From Trichosphaerium sp. ATCC 40318 (Eukaryota > Protista > Tubulinea), in assembly GCA_038496445.1 (NCBI GenBank), contig JALMLS010000213.1, forward strand, positions 62,001 to 126,000: 64,000 bases of DNA. Direction: 5' to 3'. Shown in pieces: positions 12,868 through 27,150 of this stretch (within the stretch, counting starts at the first letter, position 1; each line of letters opens with the position of its first letter). Made by a program: the position numbers and the translations under genes. The notes under the pieces were generated by a model. It saw only the letters and a list, made by a program, of their open reading frames with translations, did no database searches and had not been told where the DNA came from.

Positions 12868-14313
12868 ATGTGCGAACCTCTCAAAAAGAAAAGGAAACTG
12901 ACTCCAACAATGGAAACTACAGAAAAAACAGAAATGCCGGAAATACAATTTAAATGTGGTGATTTTAGCTTTGCGCTATCAAATGAGCTTCTAGACGCGT
13001 ATTCATCATCTCTTTTCGCGTCTAAAGTACATTTCGAATCATTACGAGATAATTCAGAAACAACAACTCTGTTGGAGGAATGTAGGTATGCAAATTACAC
13101 CACCACATCCCGCCTTGCGTCCACGCTAACTCTTGCACTTAACAGCCATTCAAAGCATCTTCCGGCTATTATTAATGTGATGAAAAAAGAAGAAATAACC
13201 AGCATCGAAGATCCTTCAGGTTTGTGGTTTGCAGCTGAGTACTATGGTGTACCGTTCACTTGGAGAAGTATAAAGATGCCATTTGGCACGTGCTCAAAGT
13301 GGCATTATCACTTCAACTTACGACATAGTAGAGAGCAAGCTGCCAATAGTAGTAATATCGCAAATGTTCGAACAAATACGAGTTTTTTGGGAAACCCTAC
13401 AACAAAAACTTATTGTTCCTGTAAGTTAAACGAATTTGCAATGTTTCTCAGAATTAATAGGCAGATGCTGGCTGTAATTCATACGCCATCGGTGGTATTA
13501 AGAATAATGCAAAACATCCAACTTTGTTCTTAAAGACAGAACTTGGTAGAGCTGCAATGGAAAAGTATTTTACACAAAGTGACTTGGTACGAAAATAGCA
13601 CGAATCACTAGTGAGCTGACTCTCACCAACAAGCACTATAAATATACAAAAGATAAGCATGGCAAAGATGAAATGACAGTACTATGGACAGATAATGAAG
13701 TTGGGCACAAAGTCATCGAGGAAAGATGTTCTGCAGCTTGTGAAGGACAAAAATGGGATTACGCTAGCTTGAGTGCGTTTTTACTTTACAAACGTTCCAT
13801 ATACACTTTGTGATATACTGTTTAGCTGAAGAGTTATGGGCCAGATCTCAGTACAAAAGATGGAACAATTTGTGCAAAATGAGGAGAACTATGGCTGATA
13901 CCTTTCTAGCAGAAGCATATTTAGGAGCAATTGAATTTGTAATTTTATATCATTCATCTGGCATTGAACGTCCATCAGACATACACCACAACTACATGAT
14001 AAACCCTGCGTATGTTTATAATGCAACTGATTTTTAACATATAGTTTAGAACGGACGCTATTTGCTCTGCTAAGGCTGTGGGGAGCGATAAAATGATGCG
14101 ACAAAAGCTAGCTGGTTTGTTAATTTCATTTCTTAAAGGAGCAGTACGGGTTTTGTATACTTCATAATTCGTTAACCTACCGTACAGAATTATGTTAAAG
14201 CAAAGATCTACAATGAGAACACGTTAACTATGACATTTTCTATTCCTCAACCAGACGTTAAGAGGCTTGATGATTTTTTACCAATATACTTGACCCCATA
14301 CAAGCCAAAATAG
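12868..14313 (+). CDS. NLS-BTB family copy A5 (intact)
   Basis: Runs from MCEPLKKKRKLTP to FLPIYLTPYKPK*. Intron 2 has a GC donor. Confidence 0.85.
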
Positions 14314-14794
14314 AACGAACTTTAACAAAATTTACAAGCTCAAGTGTTAATAGAGCTGTCAGTACTTACAAGAACTAGCAAAAATTACACGAACTATTTT
14401 GCTAGATAGTACACAATGATACTTACCAAAACTGTTGTAAACTGATATGATACGGACAAGCCAGTACATGATCAAGTATTGAACAGCAACGAAAAGATCC
14501 TCTTGCTTCTCATCGCACAAATGGAAGGCTGATTGACAACATTTGCTAAATAAAGAGTTCACTTCTCAACAAGTTGTTTGTTATCTAGTACAAGCTAAGT
14601 TTAAACCTTTTGAACACTAAATTTGAAAATGTATATTTTCCGACCTTACTTTAAAAGGACACATTTACAAATCGGAATTGGTGTTCTAGAAACCTACATA
14701 CACGCCGTTACGTGTACAATCTATTCAAACTGTTCAGATTTTTGGTTCTAACTGTTTTATTGTAGCTGTCTGAACTTTTACGAACAAACAACTT

Positions 14795-16291
14795 ATGTCT
14801 GACCAAAAAAAAAGAAGAGGAAGTTAAATCCAACTGAAACGAATGAAACAACAGAAACAACACTGGGAGCGAAAAGAACTGGAATACAATTTAAATGTGG
14901 TGATTTTAGCTTTACACTATCAAAAGACCTTATCAACGCACATTCATCATCTCTTTTCGCGTCTAAAGTGCATGTCGAATCATTACAAGATAATTCATCA
15001 TCAACAACGATTTTGGAGGAATGTAGGCACGTATCACACTGTTCAACGTATCGAAATCTTTCATAATAGAATCATACGCTGATTATCAACGCACAGCCAC
15101 TCAAAGTCTCTTCCAACAATCCTGAGTTTGATGCGAAATGAAGAGATTGCGTGTATTAAAGACGCCTCCAATTTATGGTTTGCTGGAGAGTACTATGGCG
15201 TGCCCATTAAGTGGGAAGAAATTAATATGCCATTAGGCACGTGATGTCCAACGCCTGTTGGTTGGAATTGGCTCGCTTCAAGTCCTAGTATCTGTTGTTA
15301 TTTACAACTTCATAGGACCCAAGTTGGCAGTGGCTACTGTTGTAGCCATTTTAGACCGCATACGAACGTTTTGGGAATCCATGCAAGCTTCTCTAAAACA
15401 AAGAGTACAAAACAACCTTCAATAGCATATCAGCTCACTTGTTGCCAGGCGATGCGTGGTTACATCTCACATAGTGTTTGTAAACTAGATGAAGAACCAC
15501 ACTTAAACACACGGCTGGGCAGAGCTGCATTGGCAAAGTACTTTAAACAATGTAATATGGTAAGGCTGATAACACCAATTAACACTCACCTTAACAAGCA
15601 CCATAAATACACTAAAGACGAAGATGGCACTGACGAGCTGACAGTGTTTTGGACAGACATTGAGGTTGGACCTGAAGTGGTGAGGAACAAATGTGTTGAA
15701 GCAATTACTGGTAGATTTTGGAAGTTTGCCAACTTCAGTACGTCGCTTTCGTAAATGTACACTTTGTGATGTATTGATTAGCTGAAGAGTTATGGTGCAG
15801 ATCGCAATATACACGATGGAAGAACTTGTATAACCGTAGAGGACGTATGCAACTTACCTATGCCCAAAGAGCAAAAACTGGCGCAGAAAAATTTGTTATT
15901 GTGTATTGCTCAAAGCAGGCAGTACTGGAAGATGTATATAATGATTTTATTGTACACCCTCAGTATACCGACACTATTTGACAGTTTTCTATCCAAATTA
16001 ACTTGCTTGTGTTCTGGGCTCAGACGACATTTGTTCAGTTAAAGAAGTTGCAAATAGTCTCCAAATACAGAAAAAACTGTGCAGCCTGCTAAGCATTGTA
16101 TTGGAACTTTCCGTATGTTTCCTTGCTACTCATTGTCATTAATGATTTATTATTAGACTTTACTTGAATATAAAGTATACAAAGATGTTGCTTACATAGT
16201 CACGTTGTCAATTCCAAAAATTGACGATTCTTTAATTGATGAATTTTTACCAATCTTTATGTCTCCATATGATCAAGACAAGATACCTTGA
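14795..16291 (+). pseudogene. NLS-BTB family copy A6 (disabled)
   Basis: One nucleotide is missing just after the ATG compared with A4, giving an early TAA. The exon 7 acceptor reads ...ctggg|ctcagac where A8 has ...ggtag|ctcagac. Confidence 0.75.
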
Positions 16292-16399
16292 GGTACTGTA
16301 ATGAGCTAATAAAGTTGGATGAAGTTAGCTTGACCAGATAGGAAGTAATCTGTTCAACATGTTACAGGGCACCTTGTACAATTTTTGATTAGCTCATTA

Positions 16400-16480
16400 G
16401 ATCGTACGCTATTTGCTGTGCTACGCTGTAGGGGTAATGAACTGTTGTGACAAAAGCTAGTTGGCTTGTTATGGTATTTC
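16400..16480 (+). pseudogene. Isolated relic of family exon 7
   Basis: acgctatttgctgtgcta...gacaaaagctagttggcttgtta resembles A5 at ~14055-14130. Confidence 0.55.
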
Positions 16481-17169
16481 ATGAGTGACAAAATACACAA
16501 GGGGAGAGTTAATCGAGAACCTTACTGTATAGGTACCTGTGGACTCTCTATTGTTTGCAACAGTTTAAAGCAAATAATTCTTATTATACTTTCTTTAGCT
16601 TTTCTCGTAAAGCAGGAAGATACACTTGACGTCAACAACAAAGTGTACTAGGCTGGTCAACCAAAAATGCTGTTCTATAATTACAAAGGCGTATCAACTG
16701 TACCATTTCAGAAACCAATAGAGCTTATTTATTTCTTATCTACTTAGCACTGAATTGACTATGTGGTGTAAGTGCGTGTCATGAACTTTATCTATAAAAG
16801 TCTAGTAACAAAGCAATAGCGACAGGCGTAGTTATACCCAGCTTACACTTAAGCACAATAAACTCAAAAGTGTGCTAATGTCCAGTATACGTTGAAATTG
16901 AATATACTTCAAGTGATCTTTTGACGTTACTTAATTTAGTAATTTGTGTTTGAAATTGCTTAAGCAAATTCACTTTAAATCATTGAACTGCCACAAGGAT
17001 ACCAAGTTTAAGTTACGTATATGCTCCGCCTTTATGTTTTGCTGCTGTAGAGTAGACTTCGAAAAAGTCTAATTCCGTACACGTGGTATCAAAGGGTTGC
17101 TTGTAAGCATCCCTAAAACTAAACTAACGCATAGCTCAATATTACTGTAAGGAGAATTTATTGTATAAG

Positions 17170-18671
17170 TCAATCAAAAGATACTGGTCGGTTGCGATCA
17201 TAAGGAGTGAGAAAGATTGGTAAAAAATGATCAAGTACAGACTCATCTATTTTTGGAATTGACATTGTGACGGTGTAATTGTCATTGTCATGTACTTTAT
17301 CTTCAATGACAGTCTAATAGCAAATCAATAATCAATTAACGTTGTAAGTACAGTCAAAGAAAAACAACAACGTACAGAAAGTTCCAAGAATATACATAAT
17401 AGCTTGTGAAACTTTTGCTTCATTTGGACATTGTTTACCATCTCGTTAACAGCAGTCACTGGCGAACTAAAAAAGATATTGTAAATAAATTTCAACAACA
17501 ATGTTGCGGGTATACATAGGAGATAACATTAAATCGTTATAAACATCTGTTGGAGCATCCACATCAGTACAATACAGAATAACAAATTTTTCCGCTCCAG
17601 TTTTTGCTCTTTTGCGGAAGGCACGTTGCAAAACTACTCTTCGGTTATACAAGTTCTTCCACCGCACATATTGTGATCTGCACCACAAATCTTCAGCTAA
17701 ACAGTACATCACAAACCGACATATGATTATTAATACGCACTGAAGTTGTCAAACTTCCAAAATTTGGAACCAAGCAAATCAAGAAATTTCGCCTTTATTA
17801 TATCAGGTCCAACCTCATCGTCTGTCCAAAATACTGTCACCTCAGCCATTCCATCTTCATCCTTTGTGTATTTGTGGTGCTTGTTGAGGTGTTAGTGTTG
17901 ATAGACAATGAAAATATCATACCAGGTTACATTGTTTAAAGTACTTTGCCAATGCAGCTCTGCCCAACCGTGTATTTAAAAATGGGGCATCTGATTGTTT
18001 GCAAACTATATCTGAGGTATAACCACTAATAGCCTTAAACATGTTAATAGGTTTGGAATTTGTTGGTAACGAAAATGACTTGTACTCTTTTTTTAAGTGA
18101 AGTTTGTAGAGAGTCCCAAAAAGTTCGTATCTGTTCGAAAATAGCTACGACAGTAACAATTACCAACTTGGGTGCTACGTAGATGTAAACAAATAAATAA
18201 GTCAAAGTGTTGAAGTCACGTGCCTGAAGGCATTTTTATCTCTTCCCAAACAATGGGTACGCCATAGTATTCGGCTGCAAACCATAAGTTGGAAGCATCT
18301 TCGATATTGGCGATACTTTTTTTCTTCATTATGCTGATGATTGTTGGAAGAAACTGTGAATGACTATTTGCGGTAAGATTTAAGTTGTTCATTATGCAGT
18401 TATGATAGGATCACGACACGTACCTACATTCCTCCAAAATCGTTGTTGATGATGAATTATCTTGTAGTGATTCGAAATGTACTTTAGACGCGAAAAGAGA
18501 TGATGGATACGCGTTGAGAAGGTCCTCTGATAGTGTAAAGCTAAAATCACCACATTTAAATTGTATTCCAGTGTTTTTTTCTGCCGTTGTAGGTTTAGCC
18601 TCCGGATTCAATTTCCGTTTCTTTCTGAGTGCTTCAGTCTTTGCGTTCAGCTTCCTCTTTTGGTCAGACAT
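17170..18671 (-). CDS. NLS-BTB family copy A7 (intact)
   Basis: Runs from MSDQKRKLNAKTEALRKKRKLNP to FLPIFLTPYDRNRPVSFD*, and all exons splice in frame. Confidence 0.85.
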
Positions 18672-19312
18672 AACGTAAGTCTACTAGTTCAGAAAAGAGT
18701 TGACTTAACACGTTCACAGTAGTACACAAATACTTTGTTTGTTAATTAGAATCTGAGTATTTGAAACTTGCAGGCGAATATGCACCTGCAAAGTACACGC
18801 AGTTGTAACCTTGTCACAAACAATTGAAGTACTTTTGAAAAGGTTAACAACAGCTTGTCAAGTACATTTTGATACATATCTCAAACTGTTCCTTTGACCC
18901 ACTTCAACTTGAGAATATTCGGATGAGAGGTACATTTGTTTGACACATGATCTTCTTTGATTTGTGAAAAGAGTTCAGGTATGCTTTACGCGGGCGTAGA
19001 CAAAGACTGTGGCAACTTTGTTTTTGTTGTAAAAACAGGTTGAGCGTATTCATACATCGACAATTCCGCGACTGTTTTTTGATCTTATTAACGTCTACTT
19101 TTTATTATTTAGTATTACTAAATAGAGTAACGTCAGAATATAACTGGAACCATTCCAAAAACACCACGCATAAGCGACAGTTATTGTGTAAGAACCGACT
19201 ATGAGTTTCTATGCGTTTCAGGCTGCAAGCAAAGCGATAAGTGTTGAAAAACTGAATTTTCTGTATAAGTCAGCGCTTGAAGAAACTAAACGTACAAATA
19301 CATACGCTTTCA

Positions 19313-20886
19313 ATGTCTACACCACAAAAGAAGAGGAAAATGAGTCCAACTACAGAAATTGTAGCAAACGAAACTGATGAACCACAAAAAAAGAAGAGGA
19401 AGTTGAATCCAACTGAAACGAGTGAAAAAACAGAAATAACAACACTGGGAGCGAAAAGAACTGGAATACAATTTAAATGTGGTGATTTTAGCTTTGCACT
19501 ATCAGAAGAGCTTCTCAATGCCCATTCATCATCTCTTTTCGCGTCTAAAGTACATTTTGAATCACTACAAGATAATTCATCATCAACAATGGTTTTGGAG
19601 GAATGCAGGTACGTCTCGTAACGTCCTTGCAATGTAACGGAATAAACTAACTTTATAAACGAACAGCCATTCAAAGCAACTTCCAAAAATCTTGAGTTTG
19701 ATGAGAAAAGAAAAAATAACAAGTTTTGAAGATCCTGCTGGTTTCTGGTTTGCAGCAGAATACTACGGCATACCCATTGTTTGGAAAGATGTACCTCAGC
19801 CCTTAGGCACGTAATTGGCATCCAACTCTGCGAAACTAGCCGACTAGCATCCACAATAATCATTTACTTCTCTTGTTTATACCTCCATAGGACATATGGT
19901 GGTAAGTCTCACTGTTGTATCCATTTTTGAACAAATACGAACACTTTGGGAATCGATACAAGGTTTGTTGAGAAATAGAGTAAGAGCGAACACCTTGGAG
20001 CTAATTCATTAACTTGTAATTAGGCAATGCGTGGGTTCATCTCACACAGCATTTGCAAACAGTCAGAAGCACCGTATTTAACTACACGTTTGGGTAGATC
20101 TGCATTGGCAAAGTACTTTAAACAAATTGACATGGTATTATTATAACGTATGTCATTGCTGCTAACAACCATGTAAACAGCACTATAAATACACAAAAGA
20201 TGAAAACGGTGTGGAAGAGGTGACAGTGTTCTGGACAGATGATGAGGTAGGACCTAAAGTTTTAAATGCGAAATGTCTGGAGGCAATTACTGGTAGATTT
20301 TGGAAGTTTGCCAACTTCAGTACGTCCTGCTTTGTTTGACAAATGTACACGTTTTAATCTGCTGTTTAGCTGAAGAGCTGTGGTGTAGGTCACAATATAC
20401 ACGATGGAAAGACTTGTACAAACGCAAAATACCTATACGACAAGCCTATCTACGAAAGGCAAAAATAGGAGCGGAGAAATTTGTTGTCATGTTTTGTTCA
20501 AAGAAGGCAGTTCTACCAAATGTTTACAATGATTTTGTAATACACCCTTAGTATGTCTACGCTTATTAGCAATGTTTTTCATACTAATGTGTGGTAGCTC
20601 AGACGAGGTTTGTTCAGTTAAAGAAGTTGCAAGTAGTTTTCAACTACAGAAAAAGCTTTGTAGTCTATTGTGTACATTCTTGGAACTTTCAGTATGTTTG
20701 TTTTGTTTTATTGTTCCTTTTGATACACTTTCATTAAAGATTTGTTGCTAGAAATTAATTGACGATACAGTACACGAAGATAGTGCATACCTTATCACAT
20801 TATCAATTCCTAAAATTGACGATTCTGTACTAGATGGTTATTTACCAATCTTTGTCTCTCCATACGATCAAAACAACATACCTTGA
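19313..20886 (+). CDS. NLS-BTB family copy A8 (intact)
   Basis: Runs from MSTPQKKRKMSP..EPQKKKRKLNP to YLPIFVSPYDQNNIP*. Head-to-head with A7. Confidence 0.85.
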
Positions 20887-21019
20887 GGCATTATGTCACT
20901 AAATAACAATAAAACTGCTTTGACTACGAAGAGCAACAGAATAAACCCATCTCAAGTAGTGAATTGCCAAATTTTACACGATAACAACATCGAACAAAAA
21001 CAGAATCAACAACATAAGT

Positions 21020-21680
21020 TTTATTTGAAATCAAACATATATAGAACTGGATTGACGTAAACGGCCTTGGGTGTATCACGACTGTTTTGTTTAATTGTTT
21101 TTATACCAACGTTTGGGTGCTGGCTCAATTTCATTGTGAACACTGGCTCTTTTCCCTTGTTGGTAATTTCCAACCATATTGTACGTTTGTTCGTCAGTTA
21201 TAGAAGTAGGAGGCAATTGGAAAGTTATCCAATAGTACTTTCCTGGTTCAAGACGCTCTTGAAAAGACACAATCTTTAAGAGTGTTAGTTGTTTAAGGAT
21301 TCATCTACGCACATGTTTTATTTGCGACCTAAAAAAGTTGCTTAGCAGTCCACTGTGCATATGCTGTTCAACCCAAAATGGTTCGTCTCTATGCAAACAA
21401 TGAGATTGGATAGTATTAAATGCACGTACACGTCTATGGTCACATTTTGCGCTAAGTCAGGTACATCAGCAAGAGTCGTAGCAGATTTGGAATACAATAT
21501 AGTAAATCCAAGCGTTTTTTCTCCAGATAATACTTGCGACATGTATGCGTCGTTTCATCTTTACTAGTTTCTACTACTCCAGCTTCAAAAACTACCCCTT
21601 TATCTGTCCCACCGGCCTGAAAAGCCTCTTCTCCATCATATGAGTGACCAAGGACGTTTGGCAAAGCGGGTTGAGCCATG
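21020..21680 (-). pseudogene. Possible highly decayed or remote family member (C-terminal exons only)
   Basis: DGEEAFQAGGTDKGVVFEA resembles exon 5 (DGxEELTxFWTDxEVG). DAYMSQVLSGEKTLGFTILY resembles exon 6 (AYxxEAxxGxxxFxILY). The frames are not contiguous. Confidence 0.35.
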
Positions 21681-22805
21681 CTTTGTTCAAATGGGAAACA
21701 AAAAAATATGTTGTAAAACGGCGTATCAACGGTAGTAAACTGAATGGTACTTCGACGAGTGAGATGTGTAACGTACGTAAGAGACCACTGAGTTGTTGGT
21801 TTACTGGAAAAATTTCCAAAAACAAACGTCGCAACATTTCAATCTCGTTTACGAGTACGCAACCTCAAAGTGAAACAAGTTGGCGACTTGATATTTAATA
21901 TTCAGCCAAATATGGAAAAATTTTCGCTTTACTACTTAGCTGTATACAAAAACTCGGTTAGCAACTGAAAGCTTCTCGCGCTAGAAAAAAGTTATCGCCC
22001 AATGAAGAACTCCGAATAGTAATTCACAAATTTACCTAATCGAAATATTACTACTAATGCGTGTCTTTAAAGCTCCTAGTATTAGAAAAAGTAAGAAGCA
22101 CGTTTTAGTATTTCGCAATTGTTATCATATTCTGCCCTTACTAAAAAAAGGCAATTTTGTGTATTTCGGCAGTTTTTTTGCAAAGCGCTTTTGAATCACA
22201 ACGAGAATGCTACAGTGTCTTCGGAATTGACCCAAGTTCACCGTAAACGTTTTTACAAGTCTGTTTTGTACAACAAAAATTTCATTAAGATTGACATTGG
22301 TTTTTTGCTACGCCTCACCTAACTTAAAAAAAACACGACATAAACATCAACTCTAGAGTCACGTGATTGTGCAAGTTGTTAAGATAAATGAGAACACTAT
22401 TTCTTACCAAAGATGTCATTCTTATTGCTTTTGCGACGTCATCAAACAGTTGTACAAATCTATTAAATTATATTAGATTGGACAACGTTGTCAATATAAG
22501 GGAGACGCGCTTGGGAGGAAAGACGCTCAGTCTTTGGTGGCTCTAGCGTAGCCACACGAGCGGATTTATTCTACATTTAAGAACACTCGTGTGAATTGCA
22601 AATGTGTTTGAAGGAAAAATAAAGAAATAATTTTTACAAGAAAAAGAAAAGGATTTTAGGGAGGGTGAGGGGATGTTTTGATTGCTACTCGCCATTGTTG
22701 TTGTTGTTGCCTATTGTGTCCTTCGATATTGACAGTCTTGTTCAGTCCAACCAAACGCTTGAAATGTTCCACATCTTCATTCATAATCATACCTCCACAG
22801 CGAAG

Positions 22806-23003
22806 TTTTTTCTGAATTATCTTGTAGTGATTCAAAATGCACTTTAGACGCGAAAAGAGATGATGAATACGCGTTTAGAAGGTCCTCTGATAGTGTAAAG
22901 CTAAAATCACTACATGTTGATGGTGTTTTTGCAGTCTCAGCCTTTGAATTAAATTTCCTTCTCTTTTCAAGATCGTTTTTAGTCTTGACTATTTTTTTGT
23001 GGT
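22806..23003 (-). pseudogene. Solo exon-1 (NLS/BTB core) fragment
   Basis: Near-perfect copy of the BTB core (gtgattttagctttacactatcagaggaccttctaaacgcgtattcatcatctcttttcgcgtctaaagtgcattttgaatcactacaagataattcag) with no recognisable exon 2 following. Confidence 0.8.
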
Positions 23004-23540
23004 TAATACTGTACTAAAAGGTATTTTTGGTGTATCTAGTTCGGTAAGTGATTTTCTAGCCTTATTTATTCTTCAAGCTGGTTTTACTACTCGAACAGTA
23101 TTTGATTGTCGGATTTAAGATATGTTTGCATTTAAGCACAACATTGTAGCTACATTACAAAATTACTAGTATTGCGCACACTTAAAACAAAACGAAGTTC
23201 TATATTTATTATACTTTGTAAATATTTATAGTTTCACTTTACGAGCACAACTGCAAGCCACTAGCTAGTGTGATTCCGTGATAGTGCAGTATTCCATAAC
23301 ACGCTTAGATGCTGGCTCAACCGAGTCCATAATATCCACACCTTTTTGGTGCTTTTCAGCTTTCAGCTTAAAGGCCTGGTAAATACTACCCAATAGAATT
23401 CATTTTCTTTATAGTCCTCATCACTTTCCGCATCCTTGACAGCTTAAGTCATTGAGTGCATTAGTGTACGTACAGTTTTCATTAGATCAGTGAAGAAAAA
23501 GCGCAAGTAATCTTGTTCATTCCAGATTGAACAATGTGCC

Positions 23541-23730
23541 TCATACGTATGCAGTACAATATTGTGTGCCATAAATGGTGCCATCAGCAAGGTTCATCAG
23601 ATCCGCAGGCAAAATAGTTATTCCAATGGTTTCTTGCACGCAAAATGCTTCTGGTGAGTACTCACTGAGAAAAGTACGTTTGAGATCCTGCCAATGAGCA
23701 TACATGGTTGTCGCCCAAATTCTATCACCT
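23541..23730 (-). pseudogene. Relic of a divergent-subfamily exon 6
   Basis: GDRIWATTMYAHWQDL matches D1 GERLWATAVYAQW and D2 GEGLWAEAVYAQW. Confidence 0.5.
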
Positions 23731-23926
23731 TCAACACGTGTCTTTAACATGGCACCACCACTTTAAGTACTCTATAAGGACACAATAAAGGATATTGAGT
23801 TGCACAAGGCTGCCAACGTTCACAAGCCATTTCAAAGAACTAGGCTTAGCGCTAACATAAAATAGCGTTTTTGGCGTGCCGATGGCGATTTAGTTGTTGC
23901 TGATAGTACAGACAAATTGATGTTTA

Positions 23927-25135
23927 TTAGATTGCATTATCTGCTTTACGGGTTTGATCATATGGAGTTAGATATATTGGTAAAAAATCATCAACCACAG
24001 AATCATCAATCTTTGGAATTGATAACGTGATGATGTAATTATCATTGTCATGTACTTCATCTTCAATGAAAGTCTAGTGCAAAATCATTAATTACGTTGG
24101 ACAACAAACCAATTAAACATACTGAAAGTTCCAAGAAAGCGCCCAATAGACTACAAAGTTTTTTCTGTACTTGCGTACTCTTTGTAACAGTTCCAACACA
24201 GCAAATATCATCTGCACTATGGTACACATGTTAGGTTTTATAAAACAATCCTAAAGGCATACCTGGCTTCAATAATAAAATCATGGTAAACTTCTGGTGG
24301 AGGTGACAACCTTGTGTGATACAGAACGACAAATTTTTCTGAGCCAGTTCTTGCTCGTTCAACATATGCTGTTTGCATTGGGAATATACTTTTGTACAAG
24401 TCATTCCATTGTTTATATTGTGACCTTGCCCATAATTCTTCGGCTACAAGCATATCAGAAAGACTACATTTTGTACTGAGAAATCTCGAGTTGACAAACA
24501 AACAGATACGCACTGAAGTTGTCAAACTTCCAAAATAGACCTTCAATTGCATCAAGACATCTCGCTTTCACAATTTCAGGTCCAATCTCGTCATCTGTCC
24601 ACAATATTGTCAGCTCATCCTCACCATTCTCATCCTTTGTGTATTTATGATGCTTGTTGAGGAGTAGTTAGTGTCAGTGAAACTTGCTTACACATCATAC
24701 CAAGCTGCAGTGTTTAAAATACTTTGCCAGTGAATTTCTACCCAAACGGGTGTTTAAATATTCTTCATTGCCTTTGAGATTAATACTAGCTGAATCGCAA
24801 CCAAGAATCGCCTAATACCAATTGAGGAAACAAGCTAAATTTGACCGAAGCGCACTCTTTTGTTTACAAATACACTGGGCTGGTACGTACCTACACTCCT
24901 CTAGAAGCGTTGTTGTTTCTGAATTATCTTGCAATGATTCGAAATGCACTTTAGACGCGAAAAGAGATGATGAATGTGCGTTGAGAAGGTCCTCCGATAG
25001 TGTAAAGCTAAAAGCACCACATTTGAAATGTATTGGTTTTTTTGCTGCTTCAGCCTTTGGATTCAACTTCCTCCTCTTTTCATGATCGTTTTTAGTGTTT
25101 GTATTGAGTTTCCTCTTTTTTTTAGGTTCAGACAT
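23927..25135 (-). pseudogene. NLS-BTB family copy A9 with exons 2-3 deleted
   Basis: Exon 1 ends in phase 2 and is followed within about 80 nt by exon 4 in phase 0. Exons 4-8 are present. Confidence 0.75.
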
Positions 25136-25510
25136 AACAACAGCTGGTCACGTCCTTCAAGTTCAAGGGCTGTATTGTGTTGTGTACTATACTTTACTAC
25201 TGTCCCTACCGGTTACTTTTGAAGGTAGGATTTGACATGAAATACCGCTATTTCATTTTCAAGTTAAGCTACTTTACTGCACGGCCCAACCTTGATTTGT
25301 AGCACACGTGCCTGAAAGATGGTACCAACACGTTTAAGTGTACCATAAGGATACAATAACGGATAGCTTGTAGAGTTGCACAAGGCTGGGCTACTTACAT
25401 TCGCAAACCATTTCAAAGAACTAGGCTTAGTATAACATAAAATAGCGTTTTTCGGGATGCCTACGGCAATCGTAGTTGTTGATATACAAACAAATTGACA
25501 TTTATGGTTA

Positions 25511-26967
25511 TTATACTTTACGATTTCGATCATAGGGAGTTAGGTAAATTGGTAAAAAATTATCAACCACAGAATCATCAATTTTTGGAATCGATAACGT
25601 GATGGTATAATTGTGTAAATCGTGTACTTCATCTTCAATGAAAGTCTATTTGTAAATCATTAATGATGTTTGAACAACCAATTAAACATACTGAAAGTTC
25701 CAAGAAAGCATTCAACAGACTACAAAGTTGTTTCCTCATACGGACACTTTGCACAACAGCTCTAACAGAACAAATATCGTTTACGCTGACCACATGTTAG
25801 GTTTGATAACTTCTGAAAGCTCCAGACTTACCCAGCTTCAATAATAAAATCATGGTAAACTTCTGGTGGGGTTGACAACCTTGCGTGATACAGAACAACA
25901 AATTTTTCAGCGCCAGTTGTTGCTTGTTCAATGTAGGCACCTTGTATTGGTGCTATACTTTTGTACAAATCTTTCCATCGTGTATATTGTGACCTGGCCC
26001 ACAACTCTTCCGCTAAACACATATCACAAAGTGTCCATTAGCAATCTAGGATTGACACGCACTGAAGTTGTCAAACTTCCAAAATAGACCTTCAATTGCA
26101 TCAAGACATCTCGCTTTCACAATGTCAGGTTCGATCTCGTCATCTGTCCACAATATTGTCAGCTCATCAGCACCATTCTTATCCTTTGTGTATTTATGAT
26201 GCTTGTTAAGGAGTAGTTAGTGTCAGTGAAACTCGCTTGCACATACCAAGCTGCAGTGTTTAAAATACTTTGCCATTGATGTTCTACCCAAACGTGTATT
26301 TAAAAAGGCATCATCCTTGCGCGTGATAGAAATACTTTCTGACTCGGCACCAAGAATTGCCTAATTTCTATTGAGTTACCACTAAATTCCAACTCTTACT
26401 GCTTTTTTAAGTGAAGTTTGTAGGTATTCCCAAAAGTCTCGTAGCCGTGTGAGGATGGTGACAACAGTAACAATTTCCAATTTAGGTGCTGTACAGTCGT
26501 AAACAATAAAAAATTGTGCAAGCACGTGCCTAAAGGCATATTCAATTGTTGCCAAACAATGGAAACACCATAGTATTCTGCTGCAAACCATAAATTAGAA
26601 GCGTCTTCGATACTTGTTATTTATTCTTTTCTCATCAAACTCAAGATTGTTGGAAGGAACTTTGAGTGGCTAACGATGTATTTCAGCACGTTAAGTATTA
26701 CAATAGCGTTGGTACGCGTACCTACACTCCTCTAGAAGCGTTGTTGTTTCTGAATTATCTTGCAATGATTCGAAATGTACTTTAGACGCGAAAAGAGATG
26801 ATGAGTGCGCGTTTAGAATGGCCTCGGATAGTGTAAAGCTAAAATCACCACATTTGAACTGTATTGATGGTTTTTTTGCTATCTCAGCCTTTGGGTTCAA
26901 TTTCCTCTTCTTTTTATGCATGTTAGCTTTTGTATTCAGTTTCCTCTTCTTTTTTTTTGTCAGACAT
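25511..26967 (-). pseudogene. NLS-BTB family copy A10 (disabled), tandem partner of A9
   Basis: An A9 run after the ATG shifts the frame (a second ATG lies at 26921). Exon 2 has an in-frame TAA (ATG AGA AAA GAA TAA). The 3' flank is shared with A9. Confidence 0.75.
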
Positions 26968-27150
26968 AGCGATAGCTGTTACGTTCAAGTTCACTATTCG
27001 TTAGCCATTTTATTCGTCAAAATTAAAAGATATTCATTCGACATTCTTGATTACACAAACAAGGGCGTAAGGAATCAAATAAAGTAAGGTCAGAAAATTG
27101 CCAAAACGAACACTTTAAGCCTAATTTTGGCTAAGAGTAAGTAGCAACAT

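Noticed and set aside
26600-26640. In-frame TAA here and at ~55550 as a sign of stop-codon reassignment
   Set aside because: TAA, TAG and TGA all end genes at expected positions (for example CUL4 YNYLA-TAA), and the conserved exons I read contain no in-frame stops.
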